Below are positions 54,587 through 64,000 of a stretch of 64,000 bases of DNA, in pieces. The notes under the pieces are model-generated. The model searched no databases. It was given only the letters and a program-made list of their open reading frames with translations, and had not been told where the DNA came from. Position numbers and translations under genes: made by a program. This stretch comes from an uncultured bacterium (lineage in GTDB: Bacteria; Omnitrophota; Omnitrophia; Omnitrophales; Aquincolibacteriaceae): assembly GCA_964385615.1 (NCBI GenBank), contig CAYLPP010000001.1:185566-249565 (forward strand), written 5' to 3'. The stretch's first letter is position 1. Each line of letters starts with the position of its first letter.

Positions 54587-55287
54587 GTTTTCAGGGACTG
54601 GGAAACTTCAGATGCCGGGGGGAAAGAAGGAACTTCGGGCGCGGCCGGCTTAGGCGGAAGCGGGGGCAATCCCAGAACTTTTCGAACAATCTCTTCACCT
54701 CGTTTTTCAAGCTCAACAGGGCCTACGACTCTTTCCCCATTGATAAACAATGTCGGCGTGGAATTAACCTGAAGGCTCTGCCCTTTGGCTCTTTCATCCA
54801 GCACCTTGCGCGTAACCGCCGCGTCGGAAAGGCAGGCTGTAAACTGATTCATATCCGCGCCGGTTTCTTTAGCGTAAGAAATCAAAAGATCCACGGGGCT
54901 AGGACTCGCGGACCAGATCGGCTGAAGTTTATAAACCCGGTCATGATATTCCCAGAATTTCCCCTGCCGGTTCACGCACTCAGACATTTGATGCGCCACC
55001 CCCGCCCACCGGTGCATCGGGAGCGGAAAATGATAAAACGTCAGATTGATTTTCCCTGGGTATTTCTCAAAAAGGGCGGTAATCATAGGTTCGGCCTTCA
55101 TGCACGCCGGGCATTGAAAATCGCTGAACTCCACAATCTTCACGGGAGCATTGAGCGGTCCGCGGATTTTAACACCTGCCTCAGGCTTGATTTCTCCGGT
55201 AGGAAGACGGCCGCTGCGCAGAAGAAAAATAATGCCTGATAAAACCGCGATTAAGATGACTCCAGTGATCAGGGTACGTTTGTTCAT
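54583..55287 (-). CDS. Membrane-anchored DsbA-like thiol:disulfide oxidoreductase of the thioredoxin fold
   Basis: The CPAC active site lies in FSDFQCPACMKAEP. The N-terminal TM helix is MNKRTLITGVILIAVLSGIIFLL. The track ORF extends to 55509, which would overlap malQ, so the internal start at 55287 is preferred. Confidence 0.7.
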   Translation of the reverse strand: MNKRTLITGVILIAVLSGIIFLLRSGRLPTGEIKPEAGVKIRGPLNAPVKIVEFSDFQCPACMKAEPMITALFEKYPGKINLTFYHFPLPMHRWAGVAHQMSECVNRQGKFWEYHDRVYKLQPIWSASPSPVDLLISYAKETGADMNQFTACLSDAAVTRKVLDERAKGQSLQVNSTPTLFINGERVVGPVELEKRGEEIVRKVLGLPPLPPKPAAPEVPSFPPASEVSQSLKT

Positions 55288-55348
55288 GCGTTTTCCTTTG
55301 GGTTGAATATAGCTCAAAAAAAGCAAATGATGAAGCACATCCTTTGCT

Positions 55349-57166
55349 TTAAATACGGTCCGCGCTCCTGTGAATTTCCCGAATAAGTTCATTGCCCTGC
55401 CAACTAAGCATTTTCTCAAGCGACCAGGGAACAGCCAGACTCCAGTTCTGCTCCCCCATGGTTCCCGGAAAATTAATCCTGTAATTCCACGGATCTTCCT
55501 CAATTCCATTTTTCATTGAGAGAAGGTCCTGCAAAAGCTGGATACTGAAAATCGAAGCCGTTTGATCAGCTTTTTTAAGAGCCGCTTCGAATAAAACGGC
55601 TGAATCAAGACTTTGCTCCGGGTTCAAGCCGGCGTATTCCAGAAATTTCTTCTTCTCCCCGAAGGATTCACGGTAAAGCGCGGTGAGCGTGAAAATTTCC
55701 TGCGCCGGTTTTTCCAGATTCCAAGCCAGGACGGATTCATCAGAAATATCCTGTTTCCAGCGGAGCCGGCCGTGAGCCGACCGTTCAAAATCAAAAAGTT
55801 TATTTTTGACCTTTTCATAATCCACTCCGCATTCACGGCAGCGGCGTTTAAAAAGAGCTTCATCAACCGTTTCCGCTTCAAACGCCCACCACCCCCGGAA
55901 TGAAGTCATATCATGGTTTGAAATAACCGCCATCGAATTGGCGCGGTAGCGGGCCGGGTCGGTGAAACCATAATCCGTTTTCCAATCCCGAGTCCAACGC
56001 TGAACATCCATACCCGGCACGCCGAGTTCTTCCAGTACCTTATAAGAACAAGGCGGTACTACGCCCAGATCTTCCGCGCACGGCAGCATATCCGAAGCCT
56101 GAATCATGACTGAAAGAATTTTACGGCCGTGTTCCTCCCAGAGGTTTTCATCTGAAGGGTCAAAAACGCCGTTCAACCCCCCATTCTCCTCCGGCTCCTC
56201 TGAGCGGATAGTCCAGAGCCGGAAAGTGCCGACCACATGATCGATTCGGAAAAGATCATAAAAATTCTGCGCATACCGGACTTTTCGCACCACATAATCG
56301 TAACCGTGTTTCTCGATTTCCGGCCAATCGTACGGAGGCATCCCCCAGCGCTGGCCGTTGGCAAAAAAAGCGTCAGGCGGCGCCCCGGAAACCCGGTGAA
56401 GTTTGAAATATCCCTGATTCGACCAAACGTCCGCGCTGTCACGGGAAACCAGAAACGGCAGGTCTCCCATCAGAAAAACATTCTGCGCGAGACAAGCCTG
56501 ACGCGCGGCGCGAGCCTGCTCAAAAGCCTGCCACTGAACCCACTGGTGAAAAAGAACGGTGTCCTTGTGAGTGTCATAGAAATTCTCAACCGCGGATTTT
56601 TCCTTCCCTCTCAATCCGCCTTCCCAGCTTTCCCATCCTGATTCCGACCGCTCGTCCTTAATCGCTTTGTAGAGCGCGTAGTTTTCCAGCCAGAAAGCGT
56701 TTTCTTTAACATATCTCTTAAAAGCCGGGGATTCCCCGCGGGCATCAAACATTCGTTTGAGAATTTTCAGTTTGGCTTTTTTGACGGCGTAATTCACCCG
56801 TTTTCCGCCGGCAGGAAACTCGGAGCGCAATTTCTCAATATCTTTTTTAAAATTATCAGCGGAAATATCCGCGATTTTCTCAAGAGAGAGATAAACGGGG
56901 TCCAGCGCGAAGGTGCTGGCTGAATCGTACGGCGTAAAACGGAAAGCCGTGTCATTAAGGGGAAGCAGCTGGATAATACTCATCCCCGAGCGCCGGCACC
57001 ACTGAGCGAGCCGTTCAAGATCCGGAAATTCTCCGATCCCGATGCTTTGTGAAGAATAAATGGAGAAAAGAGGCGTGCAAACTCCCGCGCGGCGCTGGAG
57101 ACCCAGCCGTTTCCACTGAGGTGCCGTGACGGTTTTCAGGAAAGCGTCATAAGCCGTGACTTGCAT
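55349..57166 (-). CDS. malQ: 4-alpha-glucanotransferase (amylomaltase, GH77)
   Basis: 605 aa. ...FRIDHVVGTFRLWTI... contains the catalytic nucleophile region. The N-terminus MQVTAYDAFLKT...LGLQRRAGVC is typical. Confidence 0.85.
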   Translation of the reverse strand: MQVTAYDAFLKTVTAPQWKRLGLQRRAGVCTPLFSIYSSQSIGIGEFPDLERLAQWCRRSGMSIIQLLPLNDTAFRFTPYDSASTFALDPVYLSLEKIADISADNFKKDIEKLRSEFPAGGKRVNYAVKKAKLKILKRMFDARGESPAFKRYVKENAFWLENYALYKAIKDERSESGWESWEGGLRGKEKSAVENFYDTHKDTVLFHQWVQWQAFEQARAARQACLAQNVFLMGDLPFLVSRDSADVWSNQGYFKLHRVSGAPPDAFFANGQRWGMPPYDWPEIEKHGYDYVVRKVRYAQNFYDLFRIDHVVGTFRLWTIRSEEPEENGGLNGVFDPSDENLWEEHGRKILSVMIQASDMLPCAEDLGVVPPCSYKVLEELGVPGMDVQRWTRDWKTDYGFTDPARYRANSMAVISNHDMTSFRGWWAFEAETVDEALFKRRCRECGVDYEKVKNKLFDFERSAHGRLRWKQDISDESVLAWNLEKPAQEIFTLTALYRESFGEKKKFLEYAGLNPEQSLDSAVLFEAALKKADQTASIFSIQLLQDLLSMKNGIEEDPWNYRINFPGTMGEQNWSLAVPWSLEKMLSWQGNELIREIHRSADRI

Positions 57167-57167
57167 A

Positions 57168-58478
57168 TCAGCTCAAATATTTTTGAAAAATAACCGCAAA
57201 CCCGAGCAGGGTGAAAAAGCCCATAACGTCCGTAAAAGTCGTCAAAATAATATTGGAACATTGGGCGGGATCCATTCTCAGAGCTTTCATGCCGAGCGGA
57301 ATCGCCGCTCCGGCAAGACCCGCGATCACCAGATTCACAAACATGGCGAGTCCGACCACCAGCCCCAGATAAGGATTGCCGTGCCACATCACGGCAGCGG
57401 CAGCCGTCACCATCCCAACGACAATTCCGTTAATAACCCCGATTCCCGCTTCTTTAAGAATCAGGCTCCATATTTTTCCGGTACGGATTTCACGCATGAC
57501 AATCCCGCGAATGACAATGACCAGCGCCTGCGCGCCCGCGTTCCCGCCCTGACCGGCCACAACGGGAAGGTAAATAGCCAGCACGGGAAACTGCCCGATT
57601 GTTTTCTGAAATAAAGCGACGACACTTCCCGCGAGAAACGCGGTGGCCAAGTTAACATGAAGCCACGGCAAACGCATACGCAGAGAAAATCTCACAGGTG
57701 AGAACACCCTTTCATCACCGCCGGCACCGAACATCTTCTGCAAGTCTTCGGTCGCCTCTTCCTGAACGTCTTCAATGAGCTGTTCAGCTTTAATCACGCC
57801 CAATAACCGTCTTTCTTCATCTACCACCGGAGCCGCGAAATAACGGCGCTTGGTGAATTCTTCAGCAATCAACTCACGGTCCATCATGCAGTTAACCGTA
57901 AAAACATCCCGGCGCATGATAGACTCGAGACGCGTCTCAGGAGCCGCGAGAAGCAAATCGCGCATATTCATCACTCCCGCGAGACGGTTTTCTTTATCAA
58001 TGACATACGCGTAAGAGGCTGTGGATTTTTTGCGCGCAAGTTCACGAATTTTCTGAACGACGCTTTGAACGGTCATATCCGCGTGAAAAGCCAGAAACTC
58101 CGGGGTCATGATCCGGCCCGCGCTGTTTTCAGGATAGGTCAGAATTTCCCGGATTTCTTTTTTGGTCTTTTCAGGGAACCCGGCCAGAAGAGCTTCGCGG
58201 TGTTCCTGAGGAAGCTGAAGAAGAAGCGCGGCGCCCTGCTGAACATCCAGCCTTTCCGCGACCGCTGAAAGGAAATCCGGCGGAAAATTTTTAAACAGTT
58301 CCGCGGCATAATTCGGCTGAAGCTTGGTAAAAATATCACTGACAAGCGCGGGCGGAAGAAGGCCCAGAACAGCTGCGGCATCATCCTCATCCATCGCTTC
58401 CAGACAGCGCGCCGCCCTTTCGGGATCTTTCTCGAAAAATTGATTGGCTACAAAGGTCAAGGCCTCGCGTTCGGCCAT
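57168..58478 (-). CDS. mgtE: Magnesium transporter MgtE
   Basis: An N-terminal helical domain, a CBS pair and a five-TM C-terminal domain with the GNAGAQA-type motif (AGQGGNAGAQALVIVIRG). Confidence 0.85.
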   Translation of the reverse strand: MAEREALTFVANQFFEKDPERAARCLEAMDEDDAAAVLGLLPPALVSDIFTKLQPNYAAELFKNFPPDFLSAVAERLDVQQGAALLLQLPQEHREALLAGFPEKTKKEIREILTYPENSAGRIMTPEFLAFHADMTVQSVVQKIRELARKKSTASYAYVIDKENRLAGVMNMRDLLLAAPETRLESIMRRDVFTVNCMMDRELIAEEFTKRRYFAAPVVDEERRLLGVIKAEQLIEDVQEEATEDLQKMFGAGGDERVFSPVRFSLRMRLPWLHVNLATAFLAGSVVALFQKTIGQFPVLAIYLPVVAGQGGNAGAQALVIVIRGIVMREIRTGKIWSLILKEAGIGVINGIVVGMVTAAAAVMWHGNPYLGLVVGLAMFVNLVIAGLAGAAIPLGMKALRMDPAQCSNIILTTFTDVMGFFTLLGFAVIFQKYLS

Positions 58479-58489
58479 AAGTCACCCAT

Positions 58490-60961
58490 TTATATGATTT
58501 TTTTAAACTTTTCTATCTGAATCTGAAGCTCACCCGCTAACTGCAGAATATCCGGCCATATTTCACGGACCTCGGAACTCATTCTTTCAGGCGCCGCGGC
58601 CTGCTGATTCATAAAATTAAAAATAGCTTCCTGAGCGCGCCCTTTTTCCAGGTCGACTTTCATCTTCCTGGCGACTTTCTGAATATTCAGGCATTCCTGA
58701 ACCGTTTTCCGGCCCGAACCGCCGTTCAGCGCGCGGATTCTTTTTTCAAGCTCCCGCGACAGGAAATAAATCACCCCGTCTTTTTTCAGCTCAATATCAA
58801 AAGAACGCGCGGTTTCCAGCACCCGGTTCACCGCTAAAGCGTGCTGGGATGAAAAGCCATGTTCCGCTAGAAGATTAACGGCTCTTTTCAGCCTGCGGTG
58901 AAGGGTGTGTTCAGCCGCGTAACGAATCTGCTCGGGGATCGGCAAGTTGATAGAGCGGTAAATTTCGTTCAGCCTCCGGTTGTCTTCAAAAAGCTGCTCC
59001 AGATTCCCGCTGATTTTCATGACGCCCTCGCGAGTCATCTGCTTGATCAGCTTCATTCTTTCTTCCAAAGGCAGATCTTTTAGAGAGTAATATTTTTCGC
59101 CGAAAATATCATCGATTTTTCTGAATATTTCAACGATATGCAGTAACTGGAGTTCATTAAAAAACTGCTTTTCGATACTGTCCAGACCGGGCAGTTCCTC
59201 CGCGCGCCGGATCGAACAGCGGACATCGTAAAGGCCGACATGAACCGCGATAAAAACAAAATCATCCTGCTCAAGAGTGGTTGAAGAACTGACCCGGACA
59301 GAACCAAAATTCAAAGTCAAATCCCCGAAGGATTCCTTGTGATGCGAAAGAATCTTCAGATGATGCGAATAAAAGGAATCCTGCTTCCTGGGTTCCCGCG
59401 CTTCTTCAAGAAGCGACGTCATGGCGTAAAAGGCCGCGGTGTCCGCCAGGCCGATCATTTTGGAGCGGATAAATTTCTCGTAGATTTTCCGGCCGTCATT
59501 CCACTCCGGAACATTCCCTTTGACCAACGCGAGCTTTGAGAGAAATTCGGGCTCCAGGTCCCGCCCCCCGGCTTCGCGCGCCAGCTGAAGCGCCCGCGCG
59601 GCATACTCCAGATCCTGCAGAGTTTCAAGGCCTGAAATCTCCGTAAAAAACCATCCGCAGCTGGTGTACATCAGCATCGCGTGCCTTTGAGACTCCAGGA
59701 GCTTAAGGCTTTGTGATTTTTCATTCTCAGAAAGATCCTTAACCGCGTTTTTTTTAAAAAAAGACGCTATCGTTTTTTCAGAACGGTTTAAAATAACGTC
59801 GATGTAATCCTTCCGTGCCTGCCAGGCATCTTTTAAATACGCCTTTGTCCGGCTTTCAAAGATACCGGCCAGTTCATCTCTCAGCCAGTCCAGAGCGTTC
59901 CGGAACGGCTTGCGCCAGTGCTGGGTCCAGGAATCCGGCCCGCCCCCCCGGCACCCGCAATGTTCTTTCCATCTTTTGATCCCATGCTCACAGCTCCATG
60001 AAGTCCCTTCTCCGGGTTTAATCCGGACTTCAAAAGCGGGCGGGCAGATCTCGAGAAATTCTCCGTAATTGGTAATTTTATAGTGTTTTTTCGCGGCTTC
60101 CACGCATGTCAGATACGCGATGACCCTCTCACCGAAAGCTTTGTGATGTCCGTACGTTTCACCATCCGTCGCCACATGAATCAACTGGGGCTGTTTGCGG
60201 TGTTTGTCTGTCGCGGTTTCAATTCCCTGCATAAAATGCCGGGCATCGAAAAGAAAATCACCGAACCCCATCTCTTTAGAAACCGGACCGTCATAAAAAA
60301 AGAGGTCGATGTATTTACCGGGACTATTCTGGATAAAAAAACGGTAGGGGTGTTTCGGGTCAATCTGCCCTTCTGAAACATTCGTCCAGTCGCCGCCGGA
60401 AAGCGGACGGATTTTTTCGGCCTGATTCGGCGCCAAAATACAAAACCGCATCCCCGCGTTTGCCAGCACCTCCAGAGTTTCTTCATTGCACGCGGTTTCA
60501 GGAAGCCAAACGGCTTCAGGCTCCCGGCCGAAACGTTTGCGAAAATCAGCGATGCCCCAGGCAACCTGGGTTTCCTGATCGCGGCGGCTGGCCAAAGGCA
60601 TGATCATATGGTTGTAAATCTGAGCAATCGCGTTTCCGTGCCCCCGGTGCTTTTCCACGCTCACGCGGTCGGCTTCGATCACTTTCTGGTAAGTTTCAGG
60701 GTGAAATTTCTCAAGCCATGAAAGCAGGGTCGGACCGAAATTGAAGCTGATATTTTCATAATTATTCGCGATGTCAACGATCTCGCCCTTTTCATTCAGC
60801 ACCCGGGCGCGCGCATTGGGCAAATAGCATTCCGCGTGAATTTTTTCATTCCAGTCGTGGTAAGGGCGGGCGCTCTCCTGAATTTCAATGGACTCAAGCC
60901 AGGGGTTTTCCCTGGGGGGCTGATAGAAATGCCCGTGAATGCAGAGGTAATTTTCACCCAT
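58490..60961 (-). CDS. GH57-family glycoside hydrolase (alpha-amylase / branching-enzyme type) with a long helical C-terminal extension
   Basis: N-terminus YLCIHGHFYQPPRENPW is the GH57 signature. The catalytic-region motifs (...WLPETA..., ...HVATDGETYGHH...) are present. The protein is 823 aa. Confidence 0.8.
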   Translation of the reverse strand: MGENYLCIHGHFYQPPRENPWLESIEIQESARPYHDWNEKIHAECYLPNARARVLNEKGEIVDIANNYENISFNFGPTLLSWLEKFHPETYQKVIEADRVSVEKHRGHGNAIAQIYNHMIMPLASRRDQETQVAWGIADFRKRFGREPEAVWLPETACNEETLEVLANAGMRFCILAPNQAEKIRPLSGGDWTNVSEGQIDPKHPYRFFIQNSPGKYIDLFFYDGPVSKEMGFGDFLFDARHFMQGIETATDKHRKQPQLIHVATDGETYGHHKAFGERVIAYLTCVEAAKKHYKITNYGEFLEICPPAFEVRIKPGEGTSWSCEHGIKRWKEHCGCRGGGPDSWTQHWRKPFRNALDWLRDELAGIFESRTKAYLKDAWQARKDYIDVILNRSEKTIASFFKKNAVKDLSENEKSQSLKLLESQRHAMLMYTSCGWFFTEISGLETLQDLEYAARALQLAREAGGRDLEPEFLSKLALVKGNVPEWNDGRKIYEKFIRSKMIGLADTAAFYAMTSLLEEAREPRKQDSFYSHHLKILSHHKESFGDLTLNFGSVRVSSSTTLEQDDFVFIAVHVGLYDVRCSIRRAEELPGLDSIEKQFFNELQLLHIVEIFRKIDDIFGEKYYSLKDLPLEERMKLIKQMTREGVMKISGNLEQLFEDNRRLNEIYRSINLPIPEQIRYAAEHTLHRRLKRAVNLLAEHGFSSQHALAVNRVLETARSFDIELKKDGVIYFLSRELEKRIRALNGGSGRKTVQECLNIQKVARKMKVDLEKGRAQEAIFNFMNQQAAAPERMSSEVREIWPDILQLAGELQIQIEKFKKII

Positions 60962-61839
60962 TAAACACCGCGCGTTTTTTTAATTGCCTGAGGAATGAAA
61001 TCAATCAAGTCGCCGGCCAGCATTCCCGCTTCACCGGTTTTACGGACAGCCAGATCCCCGGCCAGTCCGTGAAGAAAAACCCCGAACCGCGCCGCCTGCC
61101 AGCGGGAGAAACCCTGAGCTAAGAGAGCGGCGATCATCCCGGTTAGAACATCCCCTGAACCGCCCTTGGCCATTCCGGGATTTCCGGTCTGGTTCACATA
61201 AACTTTTCCGGATGGATCCGCGACCACGGTTTTACCGCCTTTTAAAACGATAACGGCTCCGGATTTTTTCGCCGCCGTCACGGCTTTCAATTTCCGGTCA
61301 GCTTCCCGGTTTGAAACCCGCACACCGAAAGCCCTGAAAAATTCCGCGGGGTGCGGCGTCAAAACCCACCGGTTTAACGCGTATTTTAGAACAGAACCGT
61401 GATCTTTCAAAGCATTGATACCATCGGCATCTACCACCGCGGGCAGTCTGTTTTTTTTGAGAACTTCACGCGCCCAGGCGGAAGTTTCGGGAATCCGTGA
61501 AATTCCCGGGCCCAGCGCCAGAACATTCTGGGTTTTAAGGAACTTCAAACATGGCTGGACGGCTTTCCGGGAAAATCCTCCCTGCTTCGAAGCGGGAAAC
61601 GCGCGAACCATGACCTCCGCTTCTCTGCGGGCCAGAACCGTATAAACCGTTTCAGGAACCCCCAAAGTAACGAGGCCCGCGCCGGTTTTCAAAGCCGATA
61701 AAGCCGTCAGATGCGCGGCTCCAGTCAAACCTTTGGAGCCGGCAAGTACCAGAATTTTTCCAAAGTTTCCTTTGTGAGAATTTTTTTTTCGGGGTTTCCA
61801 ATGAAGACGAATTTCGCGAGCAATTGCCGCGGAAATCAT
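60961..61839 (-). CDS. nnr: ADP/ATP-dependent NAD(P)H-hydrate dehydratase (YjeF C-terminal domain)
   Basis: ...KGNFGKILVLAGSKGLTGAAHLTALSALKTGAGLVTLG... and ...GNPGMAKGGSGDVLTGMIAALLAQG... are present. Confidence 0.8.
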   Translation of the reverse strand: MISAAIAREIRLHWKPRKKNSHKGNFGKILVLAGSKGLTGAAHLTALSALKTGAGLVTLGVPETVYTVLARREAEVMVRAFPASKQGGFSRKAVQPCLKFLKTQNVLALGPGISRIPETSAWAREVLKKNRLPAVVDADGINALKDHGSVLKYALNRWVLTPHPAEFFRAFGVRVSNREADRKLKAVTAAKKSGAVIVLKGGKTVVADPSGKVYVNQTGNPGMAKGGSGDVLTGMIAALLAQGFSRWQAARFGVFLHGLAGDLAVRKTGEAGMLAGDLIDFIPQAIKKTRGV

Positions 61840-62546
61840 CGAATGAGGGATTTCATCCGGCGGACGGCACTGCGCAGTCCGGTAAAAACAGCTTCGCCGA
61901 CGATGGAGAAGCCGATGTTGTACTCTTCGATTTCAGGAATTCTCAGAAGAGGCTTCACGTTTTCATAGTCCAGTCCATGTCCGGCATGCACTTTCAAACC
62001 AAGCCGTACGGCGAGTTCCGCCGCCGCACGGATACGTTTCAGCTCTTTACGGCGTTTCGCGCCGCGGACCGCGGCGTAAGTGCCCGTGTGAATTTCAATC
62101 GCGTTCGCGCCGACTTCAGCCGCGGTACGCACTTGTTCAAAATCCGCGTCAATAAAAAGACTCACCTGAATTTTTTTCTTTTTTAACTGAGAAATCACTT
62201 TGATCAGCTTCCCCCGAGCGGAAACAGCATCCAGCCCGCCTTCGGTTGTCAGCTCCTGCCTGCGTTCAGGCACCATGCAAACTTTTTCAGGCGCGTAACG
62301 GAGCGCGATTTTCACGATCTCAGGATGAAGCGCCATTTCCAGATTGACCGGAATCCGAACGGCTTTCTGAATCGCGGGCAAATCGGCATCTTGAATGTGC
62401 CGGCGGTCTTCTCTTAAATGAATGGTAATACTGTCCGCTCCCCCGGAGCGGGCTTCAATCGCGGCTTTGACGGGACTCGGGAAAGATTCCCGGCGGGCTT
62501 GGCGTAAAGTCGCCACATGATCGATATTGACCCCCAGGCGAGGCAC
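61836..62546 (-). CDS. pdxJ: Pyridoxine 5'-phosphate synthase
   Basis: MPRLGVNIDHVATLRQARRESFPSP...ITIHLREDRRHIQ is a canonical PdxJ N-terminus. Confidence 0.9.
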   Translation of the reverse strand: MPRLGVNIDHVATLRQARRESFPSPVKAAIEARSGGADSITIHLREDRRHIQDADLPAIQKAVRIPVNLEMALHPEIVKIALRYAPEKVCMVPERRQELTTEGGLDAVSARGKLIKVISQLKKKKIQVSLFIDADFEQVRTAAEVGANAIEIHTGTYAAVRGAKRRKELKRIRAAAELAVRLGLKVHAGHGLDYENVKPLLRIPEIEEYNIGFSIVGEAVFTGLRSAVRRMKSLIR

Positions 62547-62548
62547 TT

Positions 62549-63475
62549 TTATTTCTCAATCCGGCCGTGGATGGAAACCGGTTTTTCATTTTTCTGAGTC
62601 ACACCGTCAGGCAGAATCACCTGAAGGGGAAGTTCAAAATCTCCCGAAGCCTGATCGGTTACATCCACAAACGCGTTTAAACTCCCGCTGGATAAATCCT
62701 GGAACTGCTTTCGCGGACCGCGCAAAGTCAGCGTAACCTCCGAGGGATTCAGCTGCCCCACGTTCTTACCCTGATTGCCCAGAATTTTAACCGGAATATT
62801 CTCAAATGTTTTTTCATCATAAGCTTCGATAATTGGGACATAAACGTCAATCATATCGTCACTGACCGCTTTAAGATTGGCCGGCAAGTCCAGCGAGTAC
62901 ATCCGCCGGAACGACCGCACACGGCCGACCAGGTCGATCTGGCTTGTTTTAACTGAATCCAGTTTTTCAAGCCTGGACCGGGGCCCTTCAATCAAAACCG
63001 CGTTGGGATTAATCTGAACTTCATCCGGATTGAGCCCATAACCGAAAGCCGGCTCTCCAAGGAAATTAGGTTTCACCGCGAGTTTCTGAACAATCAGTTC
63101 ATCAAGCGTGACCTGAATTGTCTCAGGCTGAATTTTAACCACTCTAATCTGAGGAGTGCGGAGATGAATTTCACCCGGCTCAAGCCTAAAGGAATAATCT
63201 CCGGGCTTACTGATATTTTCCTCAATCTCATGTTGAGCTTTCAGATTTTCCGAAGTCAAATCCGAAAGAAGCGCGCGGGGAGCAATCAGCGTCACCTCGA
63301 CATTGCGGGCGGAAACCTTGGAAATACTCATGTGAGGATTTTTGACTTTGATCTCCACAGGAATAACCCGGGTGACCTCAATTCCCTCTTCCCCCGTGGC
63401 GTAATACCAAAGCCCAACAGCCAGAAAAAAAGAAACAAGCTTCAAACCCCAGTTGTGCGTCAGCCAGCGTGTCAT
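62549..63475 (-). CDS. ybbR: YbbR-domain protein (CdaR-like regulator of CdaA)
   Basis: An N-terminal TM helix is followed by repeated YbbR-like beta domains. The position is immediately downstream of cdaA, with a 4-nt overlap. Confidence 0.75.
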   Translation of the reverse strand: MTRWLTHNWGLKLVSFFLAVGLWYYATGEEGIEVTRVIPVEIKVKNPHMSISKVSARNVEVTLIAPRALLSDLTSENLKAQHEIEENISKPGDYSFRLEPGEIHLRTPQIRVVKIQPETIQVTLDELIVQKLAVKPNFLGEPAFGYGLNPDEVQINPNAVLIEGPRSRLEKLDSVKTSQIDLVGRVRSFRRMYSLDLPANLKAVSDDMIDVYVPIIEAYDEKTFENIPVKILGNQGKNVGQLNPSEVTLTLRGPRKQFQDLSSGSLNAFVDVTDQASGDFELPLQVILPDGVTQKNEKPVSIHGRIEK

Positions 63476-64000
63476 GGATTGTCCGTTCTATGAAGAAAGT
63501 TTCTCCAGTTTTTTTCGAACAGATCCTTGATTGAAGATTTTTTATTCTGCTCCGCGGATTTGAAGAGACTCGTTAAAATCTTGCGCAATTCTTCTTCGTC
63601 CTGAGCGCGGGTCAATTTACCGTACACCGAAACGGAAATATGCCCCGTTTCTTCCGAAACAACCACGCAAACCGCATCACTTTCTTCGGTCAAGCCGATC
63701 GCCGCACGGTGGCGGGTGCCCAGGGACCGTGAAATTGCCGGATTCTGGCTGAGCGGGAAAAGCGATCCGCAGGCCGCGACGCGGTCTCCCTGAATAATCA
63801 TACCGCCATCGTGAGTCGGTGTATTAGGGCTGAAAAGCGCCAGAAAAATTTCCGCGCTGATTTTCGCGTCAAGCAGGATTCCGCTTTCGATATAATTCTT
63901 GAGCCCGACTTCACGCTCAATCGCGATCAAAGCGCCCACCCGGTTGCGGGACATCTGTTCACAAGCCTGGATCAATTCATCAATCGTTCCGCCCTTTTTC
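63472..64000 (-). CDS. cdaA: Diadenylate cyclase CdaA (DAC domain), N-terminus beyond the window end
   Basis: ...HDGGMIIQGDRVAACGSLFPLS...GTRHRAAIGLTEESDAVCVVVSEETGHISV... matches the DisA_N/DAC domain. The reading frame remains open to position 64000. Confidence 0.85.
   Translation of the reverse strand, partial: KKGGTIDELIQACEQMSRNRVGALIAIEREVGLKNYIESGILLDAKISAEIFLALFSPNTPTHDGGMIIQGDRVAACGSLFPLSQNPAISRSLGTRHRAAIGLTEESDAVCVVVSEETGHISVSVYGKLTRAQDEEELRKILTSLFKSAEQNKKSSIKDLFEKNWRNFLHRTDNP

Noticed and set aside
55288-55509. 74-aa N-terminal extension of the DsbA-like ORF
   Set aside because: It would overlap malQ by 160 nt. An internal Met followed by a signal-anchor helix gives a conventional gene.

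Overview
Bacterial chromosomal window of 64 kb, with almost every gene on the minus strand. Two giant, divergently transcribed ORFs dominate: 3860..15601 (-) of 3913 aa and 24697..35178 (+) of 3493 aa. Between them lies a 9 kb regulatory and DNA-metabolism island carrying a stand-alone HATPase_c plus REC pair, an ECF sigma/anti-sigma module with secreted proteins, an SF1 helicase, a Zn-ribbon protein, a polytopic membrane protein and dinB. The remainder of the window is tightly packed housekeeping sequence. It includes the proS-rseP-dxr-cdsA-uppS-purA-serA-serC-like-clpP-tig array, four tRNAs, a CusBA/CzcBA-type heavy-metal RND pump, an alpha-glucan cluster (GH57, malQ, ROK glucokinase), mgtE, nnr, pdxJ, ybbR and a partial cdaA.

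Giant protein 1 has a Sec signal peptide, a JAB/MPN-like HxH..S..D motif, Ig-like beta-sandwich domains, and two YD/RHS-repeat blocks that bracket a LamG domain and a six-blade DxNGDGxxD (FG-GAP-like) propeller. This arrangement resembles the split RHS shell with inserted propeller of Tc-toxin B/C proteins and teneurins. Further on come a coiled coil, a C39-like peptidase fold that appears to lack its catalytic Cys, a long Gly-zipper hydrophobic segment and an unassigned C-terminal domain.

Giant protein 2 carries a signal-peptide-like N-terminus, a TraB/TIKI/GumN-like GxxH domain, at least four MoxR/midasin-type AAA_5 modules (one with canonical Walker A/B, three degenerate), an HEISH zinc-peptidase motif and three tandem LRR-containing modules. 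I do not recognise this architecture as a described system, and I consider it the most novel element in the window.

All assignments come from reading the supplied translations and DNA by eye. No database search was run. Positions of intragenic domains and motifs are approximate to within about 10 aa.
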